DNA of 64,000 bases from Christensenella sp. UBA6094. Lineage in GTDB: Bacteria; Bacillota; Clostridia; Christensenellales; UBA6094. A model generated the notes under the pieces. It worked only from the letters and a program-made list of their open reading frames with translations. It had not been told where the DNA came from and did not search any database. The translations under genes were made by a program, and so were the position numbers. Positions 47,667-58,635 of this stretch are shown piece by piece. Each line of letters begins with the position of its first letter. The first letter of the stretch is position 1. The stretch spans positions 639 to 64,638 of the forward strand of contig DIWY01000003.1 in NCBI GenBank assembly GCA_002435915.1, in the 5' to 3' direction.

Positions 47667-49592
47667 ATGGCAAAAAATTTAACGCAAAAAATAATTGAAA
47701 ATCATCTTATTTCAGGTGAAATGGTAGTTGGGCAGGAAATAGCCCTCAAAATGGATCAGACACTTACTCAAGATGCAACGGGTACAATGGCCTATTTGCA
47801 GTTTGAAGCTATAGGCGTTGATAGAGTAAAAACTGAAAGATCAGTTGCATACGCAGACCATAACACATTGCAGACAGGGTTTGAAAATGCTGATGATCAT
47901 AAATACATACAAACAGTAGCTAAGAAAAATGGCATTTATTATTCAAAACCAGGCAATGGTATATGCCATCAAGTTCAATTGGAGCGCTTTGCTAAACCAG
48001 GTAAAACATTAATAGGGTCTGACTCTCATACTCCTACTGCAGGCGGTATTGGTGCACTTGCTATAGGATCAGGTGGGCTGGATGTTGCTGTTGCGATGGC
48101 GGGAGGACCTTATTATATTACTATGCCTGAAGTTGTAAATGTGCATCTTACTGGAATGCTTAAAAACTATGTTAGCGCTAAAGATGTTATCTTAGAAGTA
48201 CTAAGAGTACTAAGCGTTAAAGGTGGAGTAGGCAAAGTAATGGAATACACTGGCGAAGGTGTAGAAACATTAAGCGTTCCTGAAAGAGCTACCATAACAA
48301 ACATGGGTGCTGAGCTTGGTGCTACTACGTCTATATTCCCAAGCGATGAAATAACTAAGAAATTTCTTAAGGCGCAGGGCAGAGAGAATGATTATGTGGA
48401 GCTCAAGGCTGATGCGGATGCAACATACGATAAAATCGTAGAAATAAATTTGTCAGAATTAGAGCCACTCGCTGCAATGCCTCACATGCCGGATAACGTT
48501 AAGAAAATAAGCGAGATAGGGCCAATAAAGGTTGATCAAGTTGCAATAGGAAGCTGTACAAACTCATCGTATAGAGATCTTATGCGTGTAGCTAAAATAT
48601 TAAAAGGTAAAACTGTTTCCGAAGATGTAAGTCTTGTAATAGCACCTGGTTCGAAGCAGTTATTAAATATGTTAGCGAAAAATGGAGCGCTTGCTGATAT
48701 AATCGATTCTGGTGCTCGTGTACTTGAAGCTGCGTGCGGACCATGCATCGGCATGGGGCAGTCACCAAAATCTAATGCGGTTTCGCTAAGAACATTTAAT
48801 AGAAATTTCTTTGGTAGAAGTGGTACTGCAAGTGCAGAGGTGTATCTTGTATCACCTGAAACAGCTGCTATGAGTGCAATAAGAGGAGTTCTTACAGATC
48901 CATCTGAAATAGATGTAGATTTAACTATAGAAGAGCCAGAAGTATTCGATATAAACGATAATCTTATTGTCCTTCCAGCTACTGAGGGAGAAGAAATTGA
49001 AGTAGTAAGAGGACCAAATATTAAGCCATTCCCGCAGAATAAACCATTAACGGAAAAAGTAACTGGCGAAGTACTTCTAAAAATGGAAGATAACATTACG
49101 ACTGATCATATAATGCCTTCTAATGCGAAATTGCTTCCATTCAGGTCGAATATACCTCATCTGTCAGATTATTGTCTGGCACCTGTTGATCCTGAGTTCC
49201 CAAAGAGAGCAAAAGAAAAAAATGGTGGATTTTTAATAGCAGGGCAGAACTATGGGCAAGGTTCTTCAAGAGAGCATGCAGCACTTGTGCCATTATATTT
49301 GGGCATAAAAGGTGTAATTGCAAAATCATTTGCTCGTATACACGCAGCCAACTTAATAAATTCTGGTATATTGCCACTTACATTTGTTGATGAAACAGAT
49401 TATGATAGTATCGACCTTGGCGATGAGATTATTATTGAGAACGCTGTAAAGCAAATAGAAGCGGGTAATATACTAACTGTTAAAAATGCAACCAAGAACG
49501 TTACATTTAAAGTTGAGTTAACTGTGTCAGAAAGATTAAAGAAAGTTTTGATCGCAGGTGGACTACTTAACTACACTAAACAAAATGCATAA
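47667..49592 (+). CDS. Aconitate hydratase (641-aa form)
   Basis: Aconitase cluster-ligand context (GSDSHT, GSCTNSS, CGPCIGMG) and a swivel domain at the C-terminus. Confidence 0.92.
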   Translation: MAKNLTQKIIENHLISGEMVVGQEIALKMDQTLTQDATGTMAYLQFEAIGVDRVKTERSVAYADHNTLQTGFENADDHKYIQTVAKKNGIYYSKPGNGICHQVQLERFAKPGKTLIGSDSHTPTAGGIGALAIGSGGLDVAVAMAGGPYYITMPEVVNVHLTGMLKNYVSAKDVILEVLRVLSVKGGVGKVMEYTGEGVETLSVPERATITNMGAELGATTSIFPSDEITKKFLKAQGRENDYVELKADADATYDKIVEINLSELEPLAAMPHMPDNVKKISEIGPIKVDQVAIGSCTNSSYRDLMRVAKILKGKTVSEDVSLVIAPGSKQLLNMLAKNGALADIIDSGARVLEAACGPCIGMGQSPKSNAVSLRTFNRNFFGRSGTASAEVYLVSPETAAMSAIRGVLTDPSEIDVDLTIEEPEVFDINDNLIVLPATEGEEIEVVRGPNIKPFPQNKPLTEKVTGEVLLKMEDNITTDHIMPSNAKLLPFRSNIPHLSDYCLAPVDPEFPKRAKEKNGGFLIAGQNYGQGSSREHAALVPLYLGIKGVIAKSFARIHAANLINSGILPLTFVDETDYDSIDLGDEIIIENAVKQIEAGNILTVKNATKNVTFKVELTVSERLKKVLIAGGLLNYTKQNA

Positions 49593-49612
49593 TTTATTGG
49601 CGGGGGTATATA

Positions 49613-50200
49613 ATGGAAGGATGTACTGAAGAAACAATAAGTGAGGTACAGCTAATAAAACCCAGTTTATTTAAGCTGTTTCTTGCCTGTTTAAAAATAG
49701 GAACCTTTACTTTTGGTGGTGGCTTTGCGATGATGGCCCTTATCCAAGATGAATTTGTGAATAAACGTCACTGGGTTGATGCAGACGAAATGCTCAATAT
49801 CATTGCTATTGCGCAATCCGTACCAGGTGTTATTGCTGTTAATAGCTCGATAATGGTTGGCTACCGTGTTAGTAAGATTAAAGGAGCGCTTGTATGCGCT
49901 CTTGGTGCTGTGCTACCTTCATTTATTTCGATATGTATTGTTTCTACGTTCTATTTACAGTTTAGAGATAATAAATACGCAATTGGAGCACTAAGAGGTG
50001 TCAAGGCAGCAGTTGTTGCGCTTATGTGTTCAGCGATAATTAATATTGCTAAACCTTCTGTTAAAGATATATTTACAGGTATTGTATGTGCTATTGCTTT
50101 TATACTGGCGATATTTACTGAAATAAATGCTATCGCGTTAATCCTATCAGGTGGAGTTATCGGATATATCTACTATAGGAGGCGTAAATGTGCTAACTGA
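49613..50200 (+). CDS. Chromate-transporter (CHR) family protein, short half-size paralogue 1
   Basis: FGGGFAMMALIQDEFV motif typical of the ChrA family. 195 aa. Confidence 0.85.
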   Translation: MEGCTEETISEVQLIKPSLFKLFLACLKIGTFTFGGGFAMMALIQDEFVNKRHWVDADEMLNIIAIAQSVPGVIAVNSSIMVGYRVSKIKGALVCALGAVLPSFISICIVSTFYLQFRDNKYAIGALRGVKAAVVALMCSAIINIAKPSVKDIFTGIVCAIAFILAIFTEINAIALILSGGVIGYIYYRRRKCAN

Positions 50201-50753
50201 TTTATATTTTATGTTTTTTAAAATTGGTTTGTTTACCATAGGCGGTGGGTATGCGATGATACCGCTTATACAGGATAATTTGGTTGGTGGCGGATACATG
50301 ACTTCAAAAGAAGTTGTGGATATGATAGCAATTGCGCAGATGACACCTGGACCATTTTCCATAAATGCATCAACTTTCGCAGGTATGAAGGCCGCAAGCG
50401 TACTGGGAGCAGTAATTTCAACACTCGGCATGATTACTCCTTCGTTAGTAATAACACTTATCGTCGCAAAATACTTTTTTAACATGCAAGAGACAACACT
50501 TGTAAAAGGCACGCTGTACGGCATAAAACCTGTTGTAGCGGCACTTATTACATCAGCTGCAATAACACTAGCGATGGCAGCGTTTTTCCCATCAGGATAC
50601 AATATAAGCTCTATTGGTGCATTTTTTGGAAGTATAGACTTTCTTGCAATATTAATGGCCATCATTTCGCTTGTAGCAATAATAAAATTCAAGGTTTCAC
50701 CTATTATTACAATAGTATGCGCTGCAATTGTGGGTGTGTTAGTATATAGTTAG
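50190..50753 (+). CDS. Chromate-transporter (CHR) family protein, short half-size paralogue 2
   Basis: IGGGYAMIPLIQDNLV motif. Start placed at GTG 50190, 6 nt after TAGGAGGC, overlapping the upstream gene by 11 nt. The track ATG at 50151 lacks an RBS. Confidence 0.8.
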   Translation: MLTDLYFMFFKIGLFTIGGGYAMIPLIQDNLVGGGYMTSKEVVDMIAIAQMTPGPFSINASTFAGMKAASVLGAVISTLGMITPSLVITLIVAKYFFNMQETTLVKGTLYGIKPVVAALITSAAITLAMAAFFPSGYNISSIGAFFGSIDFLAILMAIISLVAIIKFKVSPIITIVCAAIVGVLVYS

Positions 50754-50779
50754 TTTGATAATTATAAGAGGTGTGCAAA

Positions 50780-51415
50780 TTGCTGAAAAAAGATATATCA
50801 GAGGCGGTAATAAAAAGATTACCAAAGTATTATAGGTACTTAACAGATATGGAAAAGTTAGGTGTTTTAAAGGTATCTTCAAAGGAATTAAGCGAGAGAA
50901 TGGGTTTGAATGCATCTCAGATTAGGCAGGACTTTAATTGCTTCGGCGGTTTTGGACAACAAGGTTATGGATATAACGTAAAAACATTACGTGAGCAAAT
51001 GGCTAATATTTTAGGACTTTTAAACTCGTACAGAGCCGTACTTGTTGGAGCTGGTAATATTGGACGAGCTATAATCAATTATGCTGGGTTTAAAGAAAGC
51101 GGTTTTAATATTATTGCAGCTTTTGATATGAACGAGGAAATGATAGGCAGCAATATTAATGGCGTTGAGGTATATAATGTATCTCAACTACAAGATTATA
51201 TTTTGAAAAATCAAATAGATATTGCAATAATAGCTACACCAAAAGCTAAGGCGCAGCAAATAGCAGACACTGTAATGGATGCAGGAATAAAAAGCATTTG
51301 GAATTTTGCTACAGTGGATTTAAAGTTGAAAGAAGACGTTTGTGTTGAGAATGTGCATCTAAGCGACTCGTTAAATGTACTTTTGTATAAAACAAAAAGT
51401 TCTTTGCAAAAATAA
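50780..51415 (+). CDS. rex: Redox-sensing transcriptional repressor Rex
   Basis: IKRLPKYYRYL winged helix and a Rossmann GAGNIGRAI motif. Start at TTG 50780, 6 nt after AAGAGGTG; the track GTG at 50771 lies within the RBS. Confidence 0.9.
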   Translation: MLKKDISEAVIKRLPKYYRYLTDMEKLGVLKVSSKELSERMGLNASQIRQDFNCFGGFGQQGYGYNVKTLREQMANILGLLNSYRAVLVGAGNIGRAIINYAGFKESGFNIIAAFDMNEEMIGSNINGVEVYNVSQLQDYILKNQIDIAIIATPKAKAQQIADTVMDAGIKSIWNFATVDLKLKEDVCVENVHLSDSLNVLLYKTKSSLQK

Positions 51416-51593
51416 AATTAGTAGAATATATTTATTGATTTAAATATGTCTTATAATGTTTATATTTTACTGAATTTTACGAAAATAATACGAAAAATGA
51501 ACAATTATTAAATATAGCTATAGTATGTTTACAAAAAAAGGCACATGTATTATCATTGCAATTGTAATTTGATTTAAATAGTGAGGTTTTAAG

Positions 51594-53099
51594 ATGGATT
51601 CTACTAACGAAGAGAAAAAAACAAAAGATAGCGGGCATGCAAAAAGCAACAATAAGAAAAAAACAATTATTGCGATTGTATCTGCTTTAGTTGTTGTGTG
51701 CTGTGTTGCCGGTTATTTTGTATATGATCAATACTTTAAGCCTACTGTTATTAGTGACGAACAACTTGAGATACTTGTAAAGAGTGCAACATATTCTCAA
51801 GGTATAAGCATAGATGGAATCGACATTTCTGGCAAGACATATGAAGAAGCAAAAAGTCTAGTAGTAAGCGCTGAGGAAGATAAAATTGAATCAATAAAGT
51901 ATACGCTTAAGAATGACCACGGAACCGTTGAAATAACGGGTGCAGATTTTGCTGTTACTTTCGATACAGAAGATGTGTTAAAGCAGGCGCTTAAATTCGG
52001 CAGAGAAGGTAACGCATTTGATAAGACATATGCTAAAGAAGAACTTCAAAAAGGCAAAAACTTTTCTTTAACAATGACAATTGATAAAGAAACTACACTA
52101 AATAATATAGATGCAAAAGTTGCAACTCTATCAAAAGCTGCAGAAGAGCCATCTATTAGTATTTCTTCAAATCAAAATGATTTAGTATTTAAAGATGGTA
52201 GCGCAGGGTATTCAGTTGATATTGAAGCACTGAATGCGCTTATTACGACTGAGATTGACGCAGGGAATAGTACAGTAACAGTAATAGTACCAACGACAGA
52301 AGTTCAACCTACACAAAGCTTAGCAGAACTAAAGCAATATTCATCACTAATTTCTGAATATAAAACAACATATGCAGGTTCTGCAGGTCGTAAATCTAAC
52401 GTTGTAAAAGCAGCTGGGCTAATGAACGGAACAAAAGTCGAGCCAGGACAATCAGTCTCTGTAAATGATGTACTCGGCCCGAGGGTTGCAGGAAAGGGCT
52501 GGTCGCTAGCACCTGCTATTTTAGAAGGTGTACATGTGGATGAGCTGGGTGGTGGAGTTTGCCAAGTATCATCAACTCTTTACAATGCACTACTTATGGC
52601 TGATGTTACAATTATACAGAGATCGCCACATACAGAGAAAAGTGCGTATGTTCCAATTGGCCGCGATGCAACAATAAGCACAGGCGGACCTGATTTAGTG
52701 TTTAGAAATGATAATGATCATGCAATCTTCATATTTGCGATCACTGATACTAAAAAGAGCACATTAACATTTAAAATATATGGAGAACCGTTAGATGATG
52801 GAGTAAGTATAACTTTAACATCATCTACTATTGCTACATTACAACCGACTTCTGAAGAAGTAGTAATTGTAGATCCAACTAAACCAGCTGGTTACAACGA
52901 AGTAGTTATAGCAAGAAGAGTTGGATACAAATCGCAAACATTTAAGAAATACATTAAAGATGGTAAGGTTATAAAAACTGTTTTAGTAACTACCGATACT
53001 TACCCGGCTAAGGCAGGAAAAAGAATAGTTGGACCGGAAGCGACACCTACACCTACTCTTGCACCAACTCCGACTCCATCGCCAACGCCAACTCCATAA
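51594..53099 (+). CDS. VanW-family protein with an N-terminal TM anchor, G5 domain and Pro/Thr-rich C-terminal tail
   Basis: VanW core (GGGVCQVSSTLYNA...YVPIGRDATI). G5-like segment (EVVIARRVGYKSQTFKKYIKDGKV). Tail is ATPTPTLAPTPTPSPTPTP. Confidence 0.85.
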   Translation: MDSTNEEKKTKDSGHAKSNNKKKTIIAIVSALVVVCCVAGYFVYDQYFKPTVISDEQLEILVKSATYSQGISIDGIDISGKTYEEAKSLVVSAEEDKIESIKYTLKNDHGTVEITGADFAVTFDTEDVLKQALKFGREGNAFDKTYAKEELQKGKNFSLTMTIDKETTLNNIDAKVATLSKAAEEPSISISSNQNDLVFKDGSAGYSVDIEALNALITTEIDAGNSTVTVIVPTTEVQPTQSLAELKQYSSLISEYKTTYAGSAGRKSNVVKAAGLMNGTKVEPGQSVSVNDVLGPRVAGKGWSLAPAILEGVHVDELGGGVCQVSSTLYNALLMADVTIIQRSPHTEKSAYVPIGRDATISTGGPDLVFRNDNDHAIFIFAITDTKKSTLTFKIYGEPLDDGVSITLTSSTIATLQPTSEEVVIVDPTKPAGYNEVVIARRVGYKSQTFKKYIKDGKVIKTVLVTTDTYPAKAGKRIVGPEATPTPTLAPTPTPSPTPTP

Positions 53100-53170
53100 A
53101 CAATTAAATTCGTTTAAATATTATATGTTAATAATAAATTATGTTATAATATTTAAGCGGCAGAATATAA

Positions 53171-53197
53171 AGGCCGCCTGCATTGGCGGTTTTTTTG
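53171..53197 (+). terminator. Rho-independent terminator
   Basis: GCCGCC / GGCGGT stem with loop TGCATT, then TTTTTTT. Confidence 0.7.
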
Positions 53198-53227
53198 TGG
53201 CCATAATAGCGTAAGAAAGGTAACAAT

Positions 53228-54049
53228 ATGCAAAAAAAAATCAGATTAATTGCAACAGATTTAGATGGAACAGTTGCATACGTTAATGCACCTATCTCAA
53301 AAGAGAATATGGGTGCAATAAAGCATGCTAGAGATAATAATGTTCATTTGGCCGTTCTTTCTGGACGCGTTTTGCCAACATTGAAAAGCCGTATAAGCGA
53401 TTTTTATAATGATGACATGTTTTTATCAGCTTGTAATGGCGCAATTATTTATAGAAATGGCAACATAATCCGCAAAAAAAATATAGAAAACGAAGCCATA
53501 AAGAAGATTTGCAGCATAGCTAAAGAAATGGACGTATTCTATACTATGAACGCTCAAGATACTGTGCATACTTTAGAGTCTGAATGGGCACAAAATATGC
53601 AACAAAGATGGGATAGACTATTGGGTAAAGGAAACGAAATGGAGTTCTGCTATTATAATTCGCATGGAAAGCTTATGGATAAAGTAGCAGATACAGCATT
53701 ATCTATTATTTTATTTGAAAAAGACCAAGCAAAATGGCAAGAACTGTACAAAAGATTGGTTGAAGTGGAAGGCGTTAGCGTAACATCTTCGTTTGAGTCA
53801 AATATAGAAGTAATGGGTGCCTCAGTTACAAAAGCATATGCTTTAAAAAACATATGTGATATTCTAGAGATAGATGTAAAAGATGCTATGGCAATCGGCG
53901 ATAATTATAACGACCTTGATATGATCAAATTGGCAGGCACAGGCGTTGCTATGGGAAATGCTGATGATTTTATAAAACAAAACGCTGAATTCGTGACGAA
54001 AACGTGCGAACAAGATGGTTTTGCACATGCAGTGTACAAGTATTTATAA
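53228..54049 (+). CDS. Cof-type HAD-IIB phosphatase
   Basis: Motif I IATDLDGT and motif IV GDNYNDLDM. 273 aa. Confidence 0.88.
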   Translation: MQKKIRLIATDLDGTVAYVNAPISKENMGAIKHARDNNVHLAVLSGRVLPTLKSRISDFYNDDMFLSACNGAIIYRNGNIIRKKNIENEAIKKICSIAKEMDVFYTMNAQDTVHTLESEWAQNMQQRWDRLLGKGNEMEFCYYNSHGKLMDKVADTALSIILFEKDQAKWQELYKRLVEVEGVSVTSSFESNIEVMGASVTKAYALKNICDILEIDVKDAMAIGDNYNDLDMIKLAGTGVAMGNADDFIKQNAEFVTKTCEQDGFAHAVYKYL

Positions 54050-54066
54050 AAACTAAGAGGAATAAT

Positions 54067-55227
54067 ATGACGAAAGAAACTGTTGCACTTATAAAATGTG
54101 ATACATATGATAAAATATTAGTTGAACAAGCAGTAAAAGAAGCTATTGACAGCCTAGGTGGGCTAAGTGGTAAAATAGTTCCTGGCATGACTGTGTTCCT
54201 AAAAATAAATTTACTTATGAAGAAGAACCCAGATGACCAAGTTACAACGCATCCAAACGTTGTGGCAGCAGTCGCTAAATATATAAAAGGGTTGGGAGCT
54301 AACGTAATAGTAGGAGATAGCCCAGGCGGTCCATTTTCTGAACGCGCACTAAAGGGCGTTTATGATAAATGTGGCATAACACAAATGGCACAGGAAGAAG
54401 AGCTAACGCTTAATTATGATGTAAGTACAAAAGACGTGTTCTTTGAAGGTGCAACCATATTAAAAAAGTTTACTGTAGTAAAAGCTATATATGAAGCTGA
54501 TGCTGTTATAAGCATGGGCAAGTTAAAGACTCATGGCATGACTGCCTATACAGGTGCAGTCAAGAATCTGTTTGGATGTATACCAGGGATAACAAAAGCT
54601 GAGTACCATTACAGAATGCCAAAATTAGTTGATTTTTCTAATATGCTTGTTGACGTGGCAACGTTTATAAAGCCGGTTTTTTCTATTGTTGATGCTGTTT
54701 ATGGTATGGAGGGCGATGGCCCATCTGCTGGTACACCAAGAAAAATAGGCGCAATAATTGCTGGATTCAACCCACATGCAGTGGATACAGTAGCTATTTC
54801 AATTACTAATGTAGATCCTTTAACTATCTGCACAGTGAAAAGAGCACAAGAACGAGACCTATTTAGTGGAAAAGTTGCTGATATTGATATAAAGGGCGCA
54901 ACTATAGAGCAGCTACTAGTAAAAGATTTTAAACAGGCAAAAGTGCATAGCACGTCGCTTCTTAAAGGACATATCCCTAGTATATTTAAACCACTTATAC
55001 CAATTGTTGAAAAGCTAATGACTACAAAACCAGTTATTAATGTCCCGAAATGTAAAGGATGCAGGGACTGTTATAATATATGTCCACCAAATGCCATTAA
55101 AATGGTGGATGGGAAAGCGGAAATTGACTACAGCAAATGTATTAAATGCTTTTGCTGCCAAGAAGTATGTCCTCATCTGGCAGTTATTATCGAAAAATCT
55201 TGGTTGCTTAGGATGGTCAGTAAATGA
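54067..55227 (+). CDS. DUF362-domain protein with a C-terminal 2x[4Fe-4S] ferredoxin domain
   Basis: Start moved from track position 54004 to ATG 54067 after AAGAGG. CKGCRDCYNICPPN and CIKCFCCQEVCPH motifs. Confidence 0.8.
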   Translation: MTKETVALIKCDTYDKILVEQAVKEAIDSLGGLSGKIVPGMTVFLKINLLMKKNPDDQVTTHPNVVAAVAKYIKGLGANVIVGDSPGGPFSERALKGVYDKCGITQMAQEEELTLNYDVSTKDVFFEGATILKKFTVVKAIYEADAVISMGKLKTHGMTAYTGAVKNLFGCIPGITKAEYHYRMPKLVDFSNMLVDVATFIKPVFSIVDAVYGMEGDGPSAGTPRKIGAIIAGFNPHAVDTVAISITNVDPLTICTVKRAQERDLFSGKVADIDIKGATIEQLLVKDFKQAKVHSTSLLKGHIPSIFKPLIPIVEKLMTTKPVINVPKCKGCRDCYNICPPNAIKMVDGKAEIDYSKCIKCFCCQEVCPHLAVIIEKSWLLRMVSK

Positions 55228-55685
55228 TGCATATAGTACTGGTAGAACCAGAAATACCTCAGAATACAGGAAACATAGTGCGTACTTGTGCAGCTACAGG
55301 AGCAATGCTACATTTAATAAAACCACTTGGATTTTCTATCGCAGACAAAGACTTTAAAAGGGCTGGACTTGATTATTTTGATAAGGCACAATTAGCAGTA
55401 TACGATTCTTTTGAAGAATTACAGAACAAATACAAAACAGCGCAATTTTATTTTGCAACAACAAAAGCAGACAAACATTACGGTGACGTATCATATAATG
55501 AGGAATGCTTTCTTGTATTTGGTAAAGAGACAAAGGGTCTTTCAAAAGAGATTTTAACTGCAAACTCAGAGTCACTTATACGTATTCCAATGCGCGACTC
55601 AATTAGATGCCTAAACTTATCAAATAGCGTAGCAATAGTGCTATATGAAGCATTAAGACAGCAGAATTTTAAAGAACTTCTATAA
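55224..55685 (+). CDS. trmL: tRNA (cytidine/uridine-2'-O)-methyltransferase TrmL (SpoU/TrmH family)
   Basis: 153 aa beginning HIVLVEPEIPQNTGNIVRTCAATG, with the C-terminal knot motif LNLSNSVAIVLYE. Confidence 0.9.
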   Translation: MMHIVLVEPEIPQNTGNIVRTCAATGAMLHLIKPLGFSIADKDFKRAGLDYFDKAQLAVYDSFEELQNKYKTAQFYFATTKADKHYGDVSYNEECFLVFGKETKGLSKEILTANSESLIRIPMRDSIRCLNLSNSVAIVLYEALRQQNFKELL

Positions 55686-55738
55686 AGAGAAAGCTCAAAG
55701 TGTTTTAAATATTTTTCAAAATATGTTCGGAGGAATAA

Positions 55739-57379
55739 ATGAGTATTTATAATATCTTTCTTTTGCTTGGCGGGCTAGGATTGTTCCTGTATGGAATGAA
55801 AATGATGAGCGACGGCCTTGAGAATCTGGCTGGAGATAAACTTAGAAATATACTAGCTGCTTTAACCAATAACAAATTTTCAGGTGTATTGGTAGGAGCT
55901 GGTGTAACTGCAATTATTCAAAGCTCAAGCGCTACTACTGTAATGGTAGTTGGATTCGTAAATGCTGCTATGATGACTCTTACACAAGCAGCAGGTGTAA
56001 TAATGGGTGCCAATATCGGCACAACAATAACATCCCAATTAATAGCATTTAAATTAACAGATATGGCTCCGCTAATATTATTTATTGGTGTATTGCCATA
56101 TATGTTTACAAAGAAAAGAAGCATACAACTGCTGGGTCAAATAATTGCCGGCTTTGGTATGCTATTTTTAGGTATGAACCTAATGACCCAAGCGATGGAG
56201 CCTCTAAAGTATATGGAATCCTTCAGAGCATTGCTGCTTAACTTCGAAAATCCTCTTCTAGGAGTATTAGTAGGTGCGTTGGTTACAGCGGTGATACAGA
56301 GCTCGAGTGCGTCAGTTGGTATACTGCAAGCATTTGCACTTCAAGGACTTATTGGAATTAATGGTGCCGTTTATATTATTCTTGGACAAAACATAGGCAC
56401 ATGTATAACAGCACTATTAGCATGTATAGGCACATCAAAGACAGCAAAAAGGGCTGCAATACTACATTTGCTATTTAATATTATAGGAACAATTATCTTC
56501 TTAGTAGTACTGACGTTCCTTCCAATAGTACCATTTGTTCAAAACGTTTCGGGAACAGATACTGTAAGGCAGATAGCAAATTTCCATACAATATTTAATG
56601 TTTCAATTACAATATTACTTTTCCCATTTATAAATCAACTTGTGAAGCTGGCAACAGCCATTATTCCTGGCAAAGACCCAGAAGTACCTCGTACGGAGCT
56701 CATATACCTAAACGATACAGTATTCTCAGCTTCACCTCTTGCAGTTGCACAGCTATCTAAAGAGGTGCATAGAATGGCTGGCTTGGTTTTAAACAATTTG
56801 GATTATGTCCTTGCAAGCTTTTTCAGCAGAGAAGCATACGATAAATCAATGATTGATAAAACAGAAAAAACTATTAACTATCTCAATTTTGAGATAACAA
56901 GATATCTTGTTGAGATACAGTCACGCTTGCAGTTGTCGGTTAAGGACTCAAAGTACATCGGTAGATTGTTTCATGTAGTTGCAGACTTAGAACGAATAGG
57001 CGATCACGCAGAAAATATTTTTGAATATATTGAATATTTAATAGATAGTAACGCAACGATATCAGAAGATGCATTTGACGAACTTAAAATAATGGGAGCT
57101 AAAGCACAAGAGCTGGTGAAAATGAGCGTTACCGTTTTTGAAACTAATGATATGATACTTGTGCAAAAAGTTGAACCTGCCGAGCAAGAAATTGATGATT
57201 TACATGACTTATACAGGGATCATCATATAGAGAGATTAAATAATAGACATTGCAACCCAGAGTTTGGAGTTGTCTTTACTGATATGATTGGAGACTTAGA
57301 GCGTATTGCGGATCATGCAACTAATATTGCTTATTCAATACTAAGTAATAATGCACCAAAAATTGAAACGGGAGATTAG
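55739..57379 (+). CDS. Na+/phosphate cotransporter family protein with C-terminal PhoU-like repeats
   Basis: Duplicated QSSSAT/QSSSAS motifs in the membrane domain. Two ERIGDHA/ERIADHA PhoU motifs. Confidence 0.88.
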   Translation: MSIYNIFLLLGGLGLFLYGMKMMSDGLENLAGDKLRNILAALTNNKFSGVLVGAGVTAIIQSSSATTVMVVGFVNAAMMTLTQAAGVIMGANIGTTITSQLIAFKLTDMAPLILFIGVLPYMFTKKRSIQLLGQIIAGFGMLFLGMNLMTQAMEPLKYMESFRALLLNFENPLLGVLVGALVTAVIQSSSASVGILQAFALQGLIGINGAVYIILGQNIGTCITALLACIGTSKTAKRAAILHLLFNIIGTIIFLVVLTFLPIVPFVQNVSGTDTVRQIANFHTIFNVSITILLFPFINQLVKLATAIIPGKDPEVPRTELIYLNDTVFSASPLAVAQLSKEVHRMAGLVLNNLDYVLASFFSREAYDKSMIDKTEKTINYLNFEITRYLVEIQSRLQLSVKDSKYIGRLFHVVADLERIGDHAENIFEYIEYLIDSNATISEDAFDELKIMGAKAQELVKMSVTVFETNDMILVQKVEPAEQEIDDLHDLYRDHHIERLNNRHCNPEFGVVFTDMIGDLERIADHATNIAYSILSNNAPKIETGD

Positions 57380-57383
57380 AAAA

Positions 57384-58634
57384 ATGGCAAGTAAAGGTTA
57401 TATGAAAAAGAAATCAATAAGAGATGTAATAGTAAAAGGTAACGATTTTATTGTCCGAGTTGATTTCAATGTTCCACTTGATGAAAACGGTAATCTAACT
57501 GACGACACAAGAATTACAGAAGCTATGCCAACTATTAGATACCTCCTAGATGAAGGCGCAAATAAAATTGTATTATGCTCACATCTTGGCAGACCAAAGG
57601 GAGAGAGAAAAGAAAAGTATTCTCTAAAACATATAATAAAAAGACTTGAAGAACTTGTAGGAGTGCCAGTACTATTTGCAAATAATTGTATTGGCAGTGA
57701 AGCAAAAAGAATAGTGGAAAGCGCACAGCCTGGAGAAATAGTATTACTTGAAAATTTAAGATTCCACGAAGACGAAGAGAAAAACGATAAGGAATTTGCA
57801 AAAATACTTGCTTCGTACGCAGATGTATATGTAAACGATGCATTTGGTACAGCGCATAGAGCACATGCTTCAACAGTTGGCATCACAGAATATTTACCAT
57901 CAGTTGCTGGTCTGTTGCTTGAAAAAGAATTGTGTATTTTGGGAGAGGCACTTGAGTCGCCTAAAAAGCCATTCGTCGTTATATTAGGTGGCGCAAAGGT
58001 TACAGATAAAATAGGTGTTATTAAACATCTTATTACTAAAGCTGATAAAGTGCTTATTGGCGGAGCGATGGCATTTGCTTTTGATGTTGCTGAAGGATAT
58101 GAAATTGGGAAATCACTTTTTGATGAAGTAGGACTTGAGTATGCAAAAGGCGCACTTAAGCTTGCAAAAGAGAAAAACGTACAGCTAATGCTTCCTGTTG
58201 ATTATGTTGTTGCAGATGAGTTTAAAAACGGTGCGAATTGCATAAAGGTTGTTAACAGAGGAGAAATTGACGCAGACTTTATGGGACTAGATATTGGACC
58301 CAAAACTGCAAAGATGTTTGCTGATGAAATAATTAATGCTAATACGGTAATCTGGAATGGACCAATGGGAGCCTTTGAAATGGAGAACTTTAGCCATGGC
58401 ACACTTGAGGTTGCAAAAGCACTAGCAAAATGTAAAGGAACTACTATAGTTGGAGGCGGAGACTCAGCCGCAGCAATAGATCATTTGGGATATACAGATT
58501 GCGTAACACACGTTTCAACTGGTGGCGGAGCATCGCTTGATTTACTTGAAGGGAAAATGCTTGTTGCTGTTGAGGCGCTAGAAGACAAGGAACCTTTTAA
58601 ACAGTATTCACTTTTTACAGAGGATGGTAATTAA
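57384..58634 (+). CDS. pgk: Phosphoglycerate kinase
   Basis: RVDFNVPL and AHRAHAST motifs. Start at ATG 57384 after GGGAG; the track start at 57351 lies inside the upstream gene. Confidence 0.94.
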   Translation: MASKGYMKKKSIRDVIVKGNDFIVRVDFNVPLDENGNLTDDTRITEAMPTIRYLLDEGANKIVLCSHLGRPKGERKEKYSLKHIIKRLEELVGVPVLFANNCIGSEAKRIVESAQPGEIVLLENLRFHEDEEKNDKEFAKILASYADVYVNDAFGTAHRAHASTVGITEYLPSVAGLLLEKELCILGEALESPKKPFVVILGGAKVTDKIGVIKHLITKADKVLIGGAMAFAFDVAEGYEIGKSLFDEVGLEYAKGALKLAKEKNVQLMLPVDYVVADEFKNGANCIKVVNRGEIDADFMGLDIGPKTAKMFADEIINANTVIWNGPMGAFEMENFSHGTLEVAKALAKCKGTTIVGGGDSAAAIDHLGYTDCVTHVSTGGGASLDLLEGKMLVAVEALEDKEPFKQYSLFTEDGN

Positions 58635-58635
58635 C